Positions 30,515 to 38,829 of a stretch of DNA of 64,000 bases are shown here, one piece after another (position 1 is the first letter of the stretch; each line of letters starts with the position of its first letter). The notes under the pieces are model-generated. The model was given only the letters and a program-made list of their open reading frames with translations. It searched no databases and had not been told where the DNA came from. The stretch lies in IMG/VR virus record IMGVR_UViG_2974792740_000001, positions 1 to 64,000 of that record. One strand, written 5' to 3'. Position numbers and translations under genes: made by a program. The DNA comes from a virus. Its lineage: Duplodnaviria > Caudoviricetes.

Positions 30515-31337
30515 GAACCCGATCACCCGGCATCAGATTTCGCCGAACCGGCACTCCGGTGGGCGCAACGTCTCGTGGATTGTGATCCATACACAGGAGG
30601 GAAACGGGCGGGCGAAAGACATCATCCCGTACCTGTGCAACCCTGCGCCTGGCGGCGACCGCTCCCGCGCGGTGTCGTACAACGCCGTGGTGGATGACAC
30701 CGAATCGGTGTTGGTGGTGCCGTGGGACCAGAACCCGTGGTCGGCGTCGAACGCGAACTCGCGTGGCGATCACCTGCTGTCGGCTGGCTCGTTCGCGAGG
30801 TGGACGGCTGCGAAGTGGCTCGAAACCGACGACCGGGACGGCAAGGACGAGAACGCGCAGATGGATCGGCTGGCGAAGCTGACTGCGTACCGCTGCAAGG
30901 TGCGCGGCATCCCGCCTGTCTATGTGGGCGGCAAGGGGATGCCGAAGACGCCCGGTATTTGCGGGCATGTGGATTTCGGGGCGTGGGGCGGCGGTCACAC
31001 GGATCCCGGCAAGAACTTTCCCTGGGCCGAGTTCATTCGGCGGGTCCAGGAGTACTACTACGGAGAGGAACTGAACGTGGCCGCTAAGGACGAGATTATC
31101 GCCTTCATTCGGGCGTACGTGGGTCCGATTGTTTCGGACGTTAAGGACATCCGCCAGCAGTTGACTGGTGGACGAGATGCGGGCGAGTACCCCGGCTGGT
31201 CGCAGTTGGGCCAGGACGAGAAGGGCCGCAACTTCACTGTTGTGGATTCCCTGGGTGACGTGCGCAAAAAGGTAGTGGGACTGGTTGAGGCCATCAAGAG
31301 CTTGGATGCTCGGGTGGCTCGTTTGGAGGCGAAGTGA
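30507..31337 (+). CDS. Lysin A part 2, N-acetylmuramoyl-L-alanine amidase (Amidase_2)
   Basis: IVIHTQEG, CGH and HTDPG Zn-binding motifs; GTG start overlapping the upstream gene. Confidence 0.9.
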   Translation: MVENPITRHQISPNRHSGGRNVSWIVIHTQEGNGRAKDIIPYLCNPAPGGDRSRAVSYNAVVDDTESVLVVPWDQNPWSASNANSRGDHLLSAGSFARWTAAKWLETDDRDGKDENAQMDRLAKLTAYRCKVRGIPPVYVGGKGMPKTPGICGHVDFGAWGGGHTDPGKNFPWAEFIRRVQEYYYGEELNVAAKDEIIAFIRAYVGPIVSDVKDIRQQLTGGRDAGEYPGWSQLGQDEKGRNFTVVDSLGDVRKKVVGLVEAIKSLDARVARLEAK

Positions 31338-31564
31338 CAGATGGTACGCGGAGAACTGTCCGCACGGTTTTTCAGGCTGCTGTGGCTGTTGCTGCGGCAC
31401 TCCCGCTGATTGTTGCAGCTTCGGGTGTCGCCCCGACTGCGGCGGGTGTTGGTGTTGCTCTGGCGGTCGCTGCCGGGGTCACTCGGGTGATGGCGCTGCC
31501 CGTTGTGGAAGACCTGTTGGAGACGTACGTCCCCTGGCTGGCTAAGGAACCTGCCACGCCGTGA
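31334..31564 (+). CDS. Holin
   Basis: RRTVRTVFQAAVAVA, two TM segments, follows lysins. Confidence 0.8.
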   Translation: MTDGTRRTVRTVFQAAVAVAAALPLIVAASGVAPTAAGVGVALAVAAGVTRVMALPVVEDLLETYVPWLAKEPATP

Positions 31565-31932
31565 CGGCCCCCACCCCTGAGGTGGTTGACCTTGTGGGTG
31601 GCGGCTGGCCTGCGATCATCTTTGCTCTAGGGATGCTCGCAGCAGCCGCCGCCACAGGGTTCATTCGTTACCTCGTCAAGAAGACGAACCAGCTTCAATC
31701 CGACTATGACACGCTGCGCCAAGAGTTTGAGTCGATGAAGGAAGAGTCTCGTAAGCAGGAAGAGCGTCACCGGCAGGATCGGGAGCGCGACTACCTGTTG
31801 ATTACAGCATTGCAGAACAAGCTTGTTGCGCTTCAGGTGTACATCGCCACGTTGCGCGGGATGCTCGCCGAGCGCGGCATCGTTTCCCCAGATCCGCCCG
31901 CTTTTCGCGAGGATCCGGATGTCATCATGTGA
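31561..31932 (+). CDS. Single-TM coiled-coil lysis cassette protein
   Basis: One TM segment then coiled coil, follows holin. Confidence 0.7.
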   Translation: MTAPTPEVVDLVGGGWPAIIFALGMLAAAAATGFIRYLVKKTNQLQSDYDTLRQEFESMKEESRKQEERHRQDRERDYLLITALQNKLVALQVYIATLRGMLAERGIVSPDPPAFREDPDVIM

Positions 31933-31942
31933 CTTCATACAG

Positions 31943-31987
31943 AACACCCCCTAGTAGGCCCTGAGTGGCTTGCTAGGGGGTGTTTTT
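31943..31987 (+). terminator. Late-operon intrinsic terminator
   Basis: AACACCCCCTAG / CTAGGGGGTGTT 12-bp stem plus TTTTT. Confidence 0.8.
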
Positions 31988-32082
31988 GTCGTTGTTGGGG
32001 GTTGTCAAGGCGAAGGCCCCCAACCCTGGCAGGAACGGAGAAGAACGCACCAGGATTGAGGGCCTGCTCAGAGTAGCAGAAG

Positions 32083-32421
32083 CTACGCGTCGGCTAGCTC
32101 ATACGCCTCCATGATGTCCTTGGGGATGCGTCCCTTGTCGGACACGTTGTAGCCCTGGCCGCGTGCCCACTCGCGGATGGCGTTGAGGTCGGGCTTGTCG
32201 TCCCCCTTTGCGGCGGACACCCGACGCTTCTTGCGGCCTCCGACCTTGGTGGCCTTGTCGGTCCACTTCGCCATGTCGGCTTCGAACCGGGTGACGTTAC
32301 TGGGGCGCAGGTCAAGGCTGAAATGCTCGCCTTCGACGCTGAACTCCATGACGACCGGCTCTTCGTTCTCGATGACCTTGCCGTCGAAATCGTCGAGAAT
32401 CCTGACTACCTCTTGCCGCAT
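32083..32421 (-). CDS. lsr2: Lsr2-like nucleoid-associated protein
   Basis: N-terminal LDDFDG..FSVEG..LDL dimerisation domain; C-terminal IREWARGQGYNVSDKGRIP AT-hook-like domain. Confidence 0.92.
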   Translation of the reverse strand: MRQEVVRILDDFDGKVIENEEPVVMEFSVEGEHFSLDLRPSNVTRFEADMAKWTDKATKVGGRKKRRVSAAKGDDKPDLNAIREWARGQGYNVSDKGRIPKDIMEAYELADA

Positions 32422-32505
32422 GACTTGTGTCCTCTCGGGGTGCTTATCGGATAAGGCCGTTGACTTGACGGGATTGAGTGTAGCGGTCTTATCGATAAGC
32501 GTCCA

Positions 32506-33294
32506 CTATTCGGCGAGCGCGTCATCCGATCCGGCTTTCCCATAACCGGGCGGGGGCCAGGCTTCTGGAATGACTAGTGGTTTGGTGAGCTGTCTAAAGG
32601 ATTGGTGGGCGGCGATAACGAGAGTGGCTATTGCCAGGGCTCTGAGCGAGTAGTCGACGTTGAGGATGTGTTGGGGTAGTCGCTGGCCGATGTTGCACAT
32701 GATGCCGAGTAGGCGGTGTGCGCCCACGATGATCCCGAACACTGCTGCTAGCAGGTACCAGGTGGCGACTGTCCGCATTCCGCTGTCTTCGGCAAGTTCC
32801 AGGATGGTTCCGGCGTAGCCGAGGCACACGCTGCACACGATGACGAGCCAAATGCTGAAGACGAACCAGAAGGCGTTTCGGCCTGGCGCGGGGAACTCGG
32901 TGGTGCCTGGCTGGTGGTTGAGCCCGCCGATGAAGAATCCGATCCACAGAAGCGTGACGAAGAAGGCGAGTGTGGCGCTGGCGGTTTGTGCGAGCTGTTC
33001 GTCGAGCAGGCTGATCGTGTCGGCCAGGTGGAGTAGGAGAAGGTGAAGGCCGACCATGACGAGGGTGACTCCGGCAAGTAGGTCGGTGCGCCACATGTCG
33101 AAGTGGCGTCCGGTGGCTTCGCTGATGAAGTCGTGGGTTGGGGAGATGAGCAGGCAGCCGAGGGCTATGAGGGCTAGTCCGTAGTTGGCTGCGGCGCAGG
33201 CTCTGTGTCGCCAGAAGCGTCGGCGTTGGTAGCAGGCGGCTCCGAGCAGGATTGAGGGGATGAGGGTCACCAGGTTGATGAGGGGGGTCAGCAT
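32506..33294 (-). CDS. Polytopic membrane protein (about 6-7 TM)
   Basis: Multiple hydrophobic helices; downstream of the repressor in the leftward cassette. Confidence 0.75.
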   Translation of the reverse strand: MLTPLINLVTLIPSILLGAACYQRRRFWRHRACAAANYGLALIALGCLLISPTHDFISEATGRHFDMWRTDLLAGVTLVMVGLHLLLLHLADTISLLDEQLAQTASATLAFFVTLLWIGFFIGGLNHQPGTTEFPAPGRNAFWFVFSIWLVIVCSVCLGYAGTILELAEDSGMRTVATWYLLAAVFGIIVGAHRLLGIMCNIGQRLPQHILNVDYSLRALAIATLVIAAHQSFRQLTKPLVIPEAWPPPGYGKAGSDDALAE

Positions 33295-33379
33295 GGCGTG
33301 GGTCTAGATCCTTCTTCGCATAACAACAAGAGCGCGGCGTGTTGGCTTCACCGCGCTCTTGTGGTGTTCCGATATGTGG

Positions 33380-33724
33380 TTATAGCTGTACTGCGGGGTT
33401 GAGCTTGGGCTGTCCTCTCGTTCGAAGCCGGGTGACCTTAGTCGCCTTCCGTGTCGCCACCAATGTAAAACCCGGCATCTGCTCCATGTATTCGGCGGTG
33501 GCATCTGAGTCGACGAAGCCCAGGTCGAGTAGGGCTTGGAGTTCGTTGAATCCGTAGTGGCGGGCAACGGCGATCACGTCGTCTGCTCCGACCTTGTTGG
33601 CTTTGCGCCTGTTGACGTAGGTACCTCGCGAGACGCCGAGCACTCCCGCGATGTCTTCGTGCAAGACCTGAGCCCCTGTCTGGACTGTCGCGTATGCGGC
33701 TAGGTCGATCCTGCGTTCTGTCAT
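33380..33724 (-). CDS. Putative immunity repressor (HTH)
   Basis: HEDIAGVLGVSRGTYVNRRK helix-turn-helix; divergent from cro-like gene; paired operators upstream. Confidence 0.7.
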   Translation of the reverse strand: MTERRIDLAAYATVQTGAQVLHEDIAGVLGVSRGTYVNRRKANKVGADDVIAVARHYGFNELQALLDLGFVDSDATAEYMEQMPGFTLVATRKATKVTRLRTRGQPKLNPAVQL

Positions 33725-33898
33725 GAAAGTCAGTCTACGTGTCGCGTATGACAGCCGTCCAGTCCAACTTTTTGGACGTCTTGTGATCTGGGTTACTCCT
33801 GGTCAGGAGGCCCAAAAGGACTTTAGTCCCTACACGTGGTGTCCAAGTTCTTGGACGTCACGCTTGTAATTCGATTCACGTCGGCTAGTGTTCTCAAC
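33725..33898. promoter_or_regulatory. Divergent rep/cro control region with two palindromic operators and leaderless-type promoters
   Basis: GTCCAA-N4-TTGGAC at 33762-33777 and 33841-33856; TAGACT 7 nt before rep ATG; TTGTAA-N16-TAGTGT 7 nt before GTG 33899. Confidence 0.65.
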
Positions 33899-34240
33899 GT
33901 GATCGAGACCGCAGCGAAGGTAGCTCGCAGCAGACAGACCCCCTCGCCCATCTACCCCCGCAGTACGCCGGCCAAACGCCCGGTGAGCACGAAAGCTTCA
34001 TCGGCACCGAAGCGCAAGACAGAGTGGCAGCTCCGTCTCAATATGCCGATGGTGTACCGGCTGATGGACGATCACGGGTTCTCGGGAGCTACCGACATGG
34101 CGGTTCATTGCAAGGCATCCCGCGACACGATGTCTCGGGCATTTCGGGGAGACGGCATTACCTCCTCCCTGGCTTGCAAGGTCGCAACTGCGCTCGGGGT
34201 CCACCCGAACGAGATTTCACGCTTCCAGGATGTGGCATGA
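33899..34240 (+). CDS. Cro-like HTH protein
   Basis: GATDMAVHCKASRDTMSRAFRG..SLACKVATALGV XRE-like HTH; start uncertain (ORF-track start 33836 overlaps an operator). Confidence 0.65.
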   Translation: MIETAAKVARSRQTPSPIYPRSTPAKRPVSTKASSAPKRKTEWQLRLNMPMVYRLMDDHGFSGATDMAVHCKASRDTMSRAFRGDGITSSLACKVATALGVHPNEISRFQDVA

Positions 34241-34449
34241 CGGTCAAGCAAGCGGTTCGTTACATGACGAGCGAAGACGTTGCGGAGTCCCTGGGCACCA
34301 CGCCCAAGAACGTCCGGAACAAGGCGGTCGAGTACGTGCAGACGCAGGGACGGAGGGGGTTGCGAGGTTTCCAGACTGGCCCGAAGGGTCGGTGGAGGTT
34401 CCGCCCGAGTGATGTGGAGGCTTTCGCCGAAGGGCGTCTAGTCAAGTAG
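34237..34449 (+). CDS. Excisionase-like winged-helix protein
   Basis: YMTSEDVAESLGTTPKNVR..GRWRFRPSDVEAF pattern. Confidence 0.75.
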   Translation: MTVKQAVRYMTSEDVAESLGTTPKNVRNKAVEYVQTQGRRGLRGFQTGPKGRWRFRPSDVEAFAEGRLVK

Positions 34450-35154
34450 TTCTTTGCCTGAGTGGCACACACGTGGGGTTCGAGTCCCCCGGCAGGCGCG
34501 ATGGGGCGTGCATAGCCTGACGACAACCTTGCGCACGTTCCCTCATTCTTTCTCTCTCTCAACACCCACGGTCTACGGACGCTGTATTCGGCGTGCGCCC
34601 GTGATGGTGTGTGTCCTTTCAGAACTCCATAGTGCACATGCGCTGCCCGTTGATACGGCCAGACGAAACAGACCTGCCTCAGGCAAGTGGGGTGAAGCGG
34701 GTGGACGGTTGACTTGTCCCTGAAACCCTAAGGTGCTGTGTTTGGTGTCGACTCCTGTCGGCGGCGCAGAAGAAACCCTTATTGGGTTTGATTTTCATTA
34801 GTACTTCGATGTTTGACGAAGATATGTGCCAGTTGGTGGGACCTGTAGGGGTACAGGAGGGTTGACATCCTTTCGCCTGCCAGCTTGATCGCCTGCTTCC
34901 CCGTTGGCGAAATATGCTGCGAACACCATCCTAGCGCAGCGGCACGAGGTGTCGTATCCCGAGTAAACCGAACCTACAGAACAGGTTTGGGTGGTACGGA
35001 CGCCCCGGGATGGGGGCGCGGGAAAGTTCGCTCGTTTCGTCAAATGTCGGTGGGGGTTCGCCGACCAACGTTGGCCCGTTGAGGCAGGTTCGATCCTGGT
35101 TCCCTTGCTGAATGTCCTGTTCTTCCGTCTTCTTTCACAGATTTGAGGTGTGTC

Positions 35155-35541
35155 ATGTCCACTGGTACTGCCATGCACGAAACCTTCGAGAAGTTCGTCG
35201 CTGAGGTGCGCCGGCTCGCCAACGAGAATCCCAACTTCATCTACAAGCCCCGAACCGTTCCGGGAAGGCAGATCACCTGCCATTACGTGAACGAGGACCG
35301 CACGGGCGGTGATTGCCTGATCGGCCAGGCGCTCTTCAATACGGGGATGCGCACGATCGAACAGCTTGACGAGGTCGAGGGCAGGGGTGCTGCCACGGTG
35401 CTCCGTCGATACTTCGACGCACCCAGTGCGCTACAGCGTTGGGCGACAGAGGTTCAGGGCGCTCAGGATGACGGCGTGGCCTGGGGTGAGGCCGTCAGGC
35501 GAGTGGACGCGCGTCACGCTGAGTTGGGTGGCGTCCAGTGA
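35155..35541 (+). CDS. Hypothetical protein (paralog of 37657-38055)
   Basis: SD GAGGTG; shared NPxFxY, CLIGQAL and QDDxVAWG motifs. Confidence 0.7.
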   Translation: MSTGTAMHETFEKFVAEVRRLANENPNFIYKPRTVPGRQITCHYVNEDRTGGDCLIGQALFNTGMRTIEQLDEVEGRGAATVLRRYFDAPSALQRWATEVQGAQDDGVAWGEAVRRVDARHAELGGVQ

Positions 35542-35626
35542 GGGACAAGCTTGAAGTTGCGTTCGCTTACCTCTGCGGTGTCTGCATCTTCGGCATCGCT
35601 TTCTACTCACTGATCGGAGGGGCGGC

Positions 35627-36208
35627 ATGATTGGCCGCGAATTGATCCGCCAGGCACCACCTTACGACGAACCCCAAACCCCAAGAGGTGCGGACGGCAA
35701 GGTCTTATACCCGTACGAACAGCGGCACTACGTTGACTGCGGCACCGACCCCGCCTACCTGAAGATGGCCGCTGAGCACTGTCTGGCCGGTATCGACTTC
35801 GACACTGTTGTGGGCATCGGGGTTTCAGGTGCGGTTGCTCTGCCGGTCACGTCGTTGGCGACCGGGAAGCGCATGTTGGTACTCCGCAAGCCTGGCGTGT
35901 CCGCTCACAGCAAAGCGCATACGGGCTCGTTGGGGCGTGCGTGGGTGTTCGTGGATGACTTCATTGGTGGCGGGTCCACGTTTGAGGGTGTGCGCGAGCA
36001 GGTTGGGAAGCTTGCTTACCAGAACAACTTCGAGACACGCTTCGTCGGGGCGTTCCTGTATGGCTACTACCCGGATTACAGCCAGATCGCTGATGGCGCA
36101 GCGAATCATCGTGCCGCGACGTTCTTGTCTGCCGCATCGTTCTTCGGCAGGTTCTCCCATCTCGCGCCAAGGGTCAGGGAGAAGGTTAGCTTTGAATCCC
36201 TCGACTGA
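35627..36208 (+). CDS. Type I phosphoribosyltransferase
   Basis: VFVDDFIGGGSTF PRPP-binding loop; VVGIGVSG and LRK motifs. Confidence 0.8.
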   Translation: MIGRELIRQAPPYDEPQTPRGADGKVLYPYEQRHYVDCGTDPAYLKMAAEHCLAGIDFDTVVGIGVSGAVALPVTSLATGKRMLVLRKPGVSAHSKAHTGSLGRAWVFVDDFIGGGSTFEGVREQVGKLAYQNNFETRFVGAFLYGYYPDYSQIADGAANHRAATFLSAASFFGRFSHLAPRVREKVSFESLD

Positions 36209-36470
36209 CCGGAAGCCGGATCCGCCGCTGGTGGAGATCGCGGGCAGCGTGCTCGCCGCGAAACCCGACGAGATGCCCACACTGCTGGCCGAGCTGGAAC
36301 AGCAGTACGTGGTCATGTCGCGTAAAGAGTTTCAGTCGATGATGGCGACGGTTGCCGCCCATCAAGCCGAGTACAAGCAAGAGAATTCGACACTGCGTCA
36401 GCTTTTGAACCTTCCGGACCTGGATTCTGTTGACCAGGCCGAGTATTTCGCCACGGAGAAGGATCTATGA
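36192..36470 (+). CDS. Hypothetical protein
   Basis: TTG start; fills gap between overlapping neighbours. Confidence 0.5.
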   Translation: MNPSTDRKPDPPLVEIAGSVLAAKPDEMPTLLAELEQQYVVMSRKEFQSMMATVAAHQAEYKQENSTLRQLLNLPDLDSVDQAEYFATEKDL

Positions 36471-36772
36471 GTTTCCACATCAAAACCAAGTACCTGGACG
36501 ACGAGGCCGAACTGACCTTCGGCAAGTACCAGGACGGCAGTATCGCCCTCCGACTCTTCAGCCCCGAAGAGGGTCCACTCTCAACCGCCACAGTGTGCCT
36601 GGAAGGTTCGAAGCCAGCACAGGGGAACGTGTTCATCAAGGACTGGTCGGAGAACGAGGGCATGTACGACGGCCTGCGGAAGGCGGGCATCATCGGTGAA
36701 TCGGTGCGCTCTCACCCGGCTGGCTTTGCCATTGCACTCGAATGCCCCCTGCTGGTGGAGCTTCCGTCATGA
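36467..36772 (+). CDS. Hypothetical protein
   Basis: GKYQDGSIALRL..ATVCL..FIKDWSENEG motif common in phages. Confidence 0.65.
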   Translation: MSFHIKTKYLDDEAELTFGKYQDGSIALRLFSPEEGPLSTATVCLEGSKPAQGNVFIKDWSENEGMYDGLRKAGIIGESVRSHPAGFAIALECPLLVELPS

Positions 36773-37056
36773 CGGCCTCAACCCTGAAGTCAGCCGACTT
36801 CGAGTTCTCCCCGCACGCCATCGACAGAATGCTCGACATGGCCGTGGATGCACCAGAAGTCATCCGGGCGATGCAGGGCACAAAGATCACAGACCCACAG
36901 GGTTTTCGCTGGATCGGTGAACGGGTCACAGTGTTCGCGGTCTGGGATCCCCGATTGCAGAAGCATGTCGTCACCACTGTGGTGTGGAAGACCGAAGACC
37001 TGTGGCGCAAAGACATGTCCATCGCGCCATGCCGCGGACGGGAAGTGAAGCTGTGA
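36769..37056 (+). CDS. Hypothetical protein (DUF4258/RelE-like pattern)
   Basis: FSPHAIDRM..VTTVVW pattern. Confidence 0.5.
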   Translation: MTASTLKSADFEFSPHAIDRMLDMAVDAPEVIRAMQGTKITDPQGFRWIGERVTVFAVWDPRLQKHVVTTVVWKTEDLWRKDMSIAPCRGREVKL

Positions 37057-37418
37057 TGCCCGAATCGAATGAAACACGCTCGCAGTCCGAGTATGCAGCC
37101 GACTCGTGGGCGGCGCTCGTCCGGGAAAATCATGAGCTTGCTGCGGAGAACAGGCGTCTCCGCGAAGAGGCTGACGATCCGGTGCACTCGGTGTACGAAG
37201 TAGCCACCCATCTCGAAGGCCACGGGTTCCATGATGCCCGCGACTGGACGTACCGGATCCTTGAGGAATGGGTGCGTGGCTACAACGATTGGTGGAGGGG
37301 CGCTTTCATCACGCAGGAGGGTCGCAAGCATGTGCGGTTGACGCGGAGTGGATTCATGTTCACCCCGGCTGGTGTGCGTGCGGCTGAGGTTCAGTTCCTT
37401 GGTGAGGCGGTCTCGTGA
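37056..37418 (+). CDS. Hypothetical protein
   Basis: TGATG overlap with upstream stop. Confidence 0.55.
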   Translation: MPESNETRSQSEYAADSWAALVRENHELAAENRRLREEADDPVHSVYEVATHLEGHGFHDARDWTYRILEEWVRGYNDWWRGAFITQEGRKHVRLTRSGFMFTPAGVRAAEVQFLGEAVS

Positions 37419-37666
37419 CGATCGCGTTGCTTGACATTCCGGATTATATCGATATGGGCGAGTTCGGTTTCAGCCCTGTGATTCCGGAGAGTCATCTGAT
37501 AGTCGACAGTCCTGTGCTTGATCCTGTGACGGGTGAGCCGGTTGTTGAGGTGGATCAAATGGTTTTGGACCGGGATGGCTCGCCGTGGGCGTGGTCGGGT
37601 TCCGGCTGGATGGCTGCTGGCGATTGGCGTTCACAGCCGTGGGAGAAGGTTAAACAATGGTTCTGA
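37415..37666 (+). CDS. Hypothetical protein
   Basis: GTGA overlap; VLDRDGSPW motif. Confidence 0.5.
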   Translation: MTIALLDIPDYIDMGEFGFSPVIPESHLIVDSPVLDPVTGEPVVEVDQMVLDRDGSPWAWSGSGWMAAGDWRSQPWEKVKQWF

Positions 37667-38055
37667 AAGCTGCTGAGCGTCTTCCGATGACGCCCGAGTT
37701 AGAAGCGAAGCTGGTTGCTTCGGTGGTGGAGTTGGCGACCGCCAACCCGGAGTTCGTGTACGAGGCCCCAGCCGGAGGGGCCGCGTGCCTGTACACGCAC
37801 AAGGATGAGCCGTCGTGCCTGATCGGCCAGGCTCTCTCCAAGGTGGGCTACACCATCGAAGAGTTGTACGAGTTCGACCACAACGAAATGCGCGAGTCGG
37901 ACGCCGGCTGGATTCTGACGGAACTGGGGGCATCCGACGAGGTAGCCCTTTGGGCTCTGGGTGTGCAGACACGTCAGGACGATCAGGTGGCATGGGGGAA
38001 CGCGCTTTGGTATACCGACGAGGAGTGCGGTCGCCCGGAGGTGAAGGTGGCATGA
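37657..38055 (+). CDS. Hypothetical protein (paralog of 35155-35541)
   Basis: Shared NPEFVY, CLIGQAL and QDDQVAWG motifs. Confidence 0.7.
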   Translation: MVLKAAERLPMTPELEAKLVASVVELATANPEFVYEAPAGGAACLYTHKDEPSCLIGQALSKVGYTIEELYEFDHNEMRESDAGWILTELGASDEVALWALGVQTRQDDQVAWGNALWYTDEECGRPEVKVA

Positions 38056-38543
38056 GCATCGCACAAGCACAGTCAAACGTAGCCCAGTTCATGCTCGGTG
38101 GCGGGCAGGAGGTTCGCTACTTCCCCACCATCCCAAAGCGTGAGGGCACAGCCAACGAACAGGGCCACAGTGACGAACTGTTCTTCGCCGCCACGGTTCT
38201 CGGCATCGCTGATTCCATCAAGGATTCGGCGAACATCCACCAGTCCGAGCAGCTTCTCTCGATGGCCCTTCTGCTCGAAGAGGTTGGCGAACTGTTCGAA
38301 GGTATTGCGAAGAACGATCTGGTCGCAATCGCTGACGGCTCAACGGATGTGAAGGTTATCGTCCTGGGTATCGACAACCGTTTCGGCTTGCCCGCCGACG
38401 AGCTGTTCGAAGAAGTTCATCGCTCCAACATGTCGAAGTTCGTGGATGGCAAAGCTGTCCGGGACGAGGCTGGGAAGATTCAGAAGGGGCCGAATTACTC
38501 TCCGCCACAGTTGGAAGGGATCCTCTACCCCAATGAAGGTTAA
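38052..38543 (+). CDS. MazG-like nucleotide pyrophosphohydrolase
   Basis: EEVGE...IADGSTD...EEVHRSNMSK...GKIQKGPNYSPP. Confidence 0.85.
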   Translation: MSIAQAQSNVAQFMLGGGQEVRYFPTIPKREGTANEQGHSDELFFAATVLGIADSIKDSANIHQSEQLLSMALLLEEVGELFEGIAKNDLVAIADGSTDVKVIVLGIDNRFGLPADELFEEVHRSNMSKFVDGKAVRDEAGKIQKGPNYSPPQLEGILYPNEG

Positions 38544-38829
38544 GAATTTGGTGACCCGGACGCGCTTGCGGAAGGTTGGGGCGTTCCTCGGATGGCTGTG
38601 CCTCGTTGCGGCGACTGCTGCGGTGATCTGGCTGGGCTTCTACGCCGAGTGGAACTGGCTCAACAACACCTACACGGAGACCATAATCGATGGGCGCGAG
38701 TACACGACGGGCACCGATCTGGATGGGCTGAGTGTCTTCATCTTCGTGGGGGCGTTGCTGCCCGGTGTACCGGCACTAGCTTGGGCGGCTGACTGGATCG
38801 GTCGGCAGTGGAAGAAGCTACCCGCATGA
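38533..38829 (+). CDS. Membrane protein (2 TM)
   Basis: Two hydrophobic helices. Confidence 0.6.
   Translation: MKVKNLVTRTRLRKVGAFLGWLCLVAATAAVIWLGFYAEWNWLNNTYTETIIDGREYTTGTDLDGLSVFIFVGALLPGVPALAWAADWIGRQWKKLPA

Noticed and set aside
34630-34700. Possible hammerhead ribozyme (GAAAC near 34664; also CGATGA at 61078 and GAAAC at 62216)
   Set aside because: The CUGAnGA core with correctly placed stems could not be assembled by eye.
36769-37056. Toxin-antitoxin pair around the DUF4258/RelE-like ORF
   Set aside because: Similarity is only a short motif and no adjacent antitoxin-like HTH/RHH gene is recognisable.
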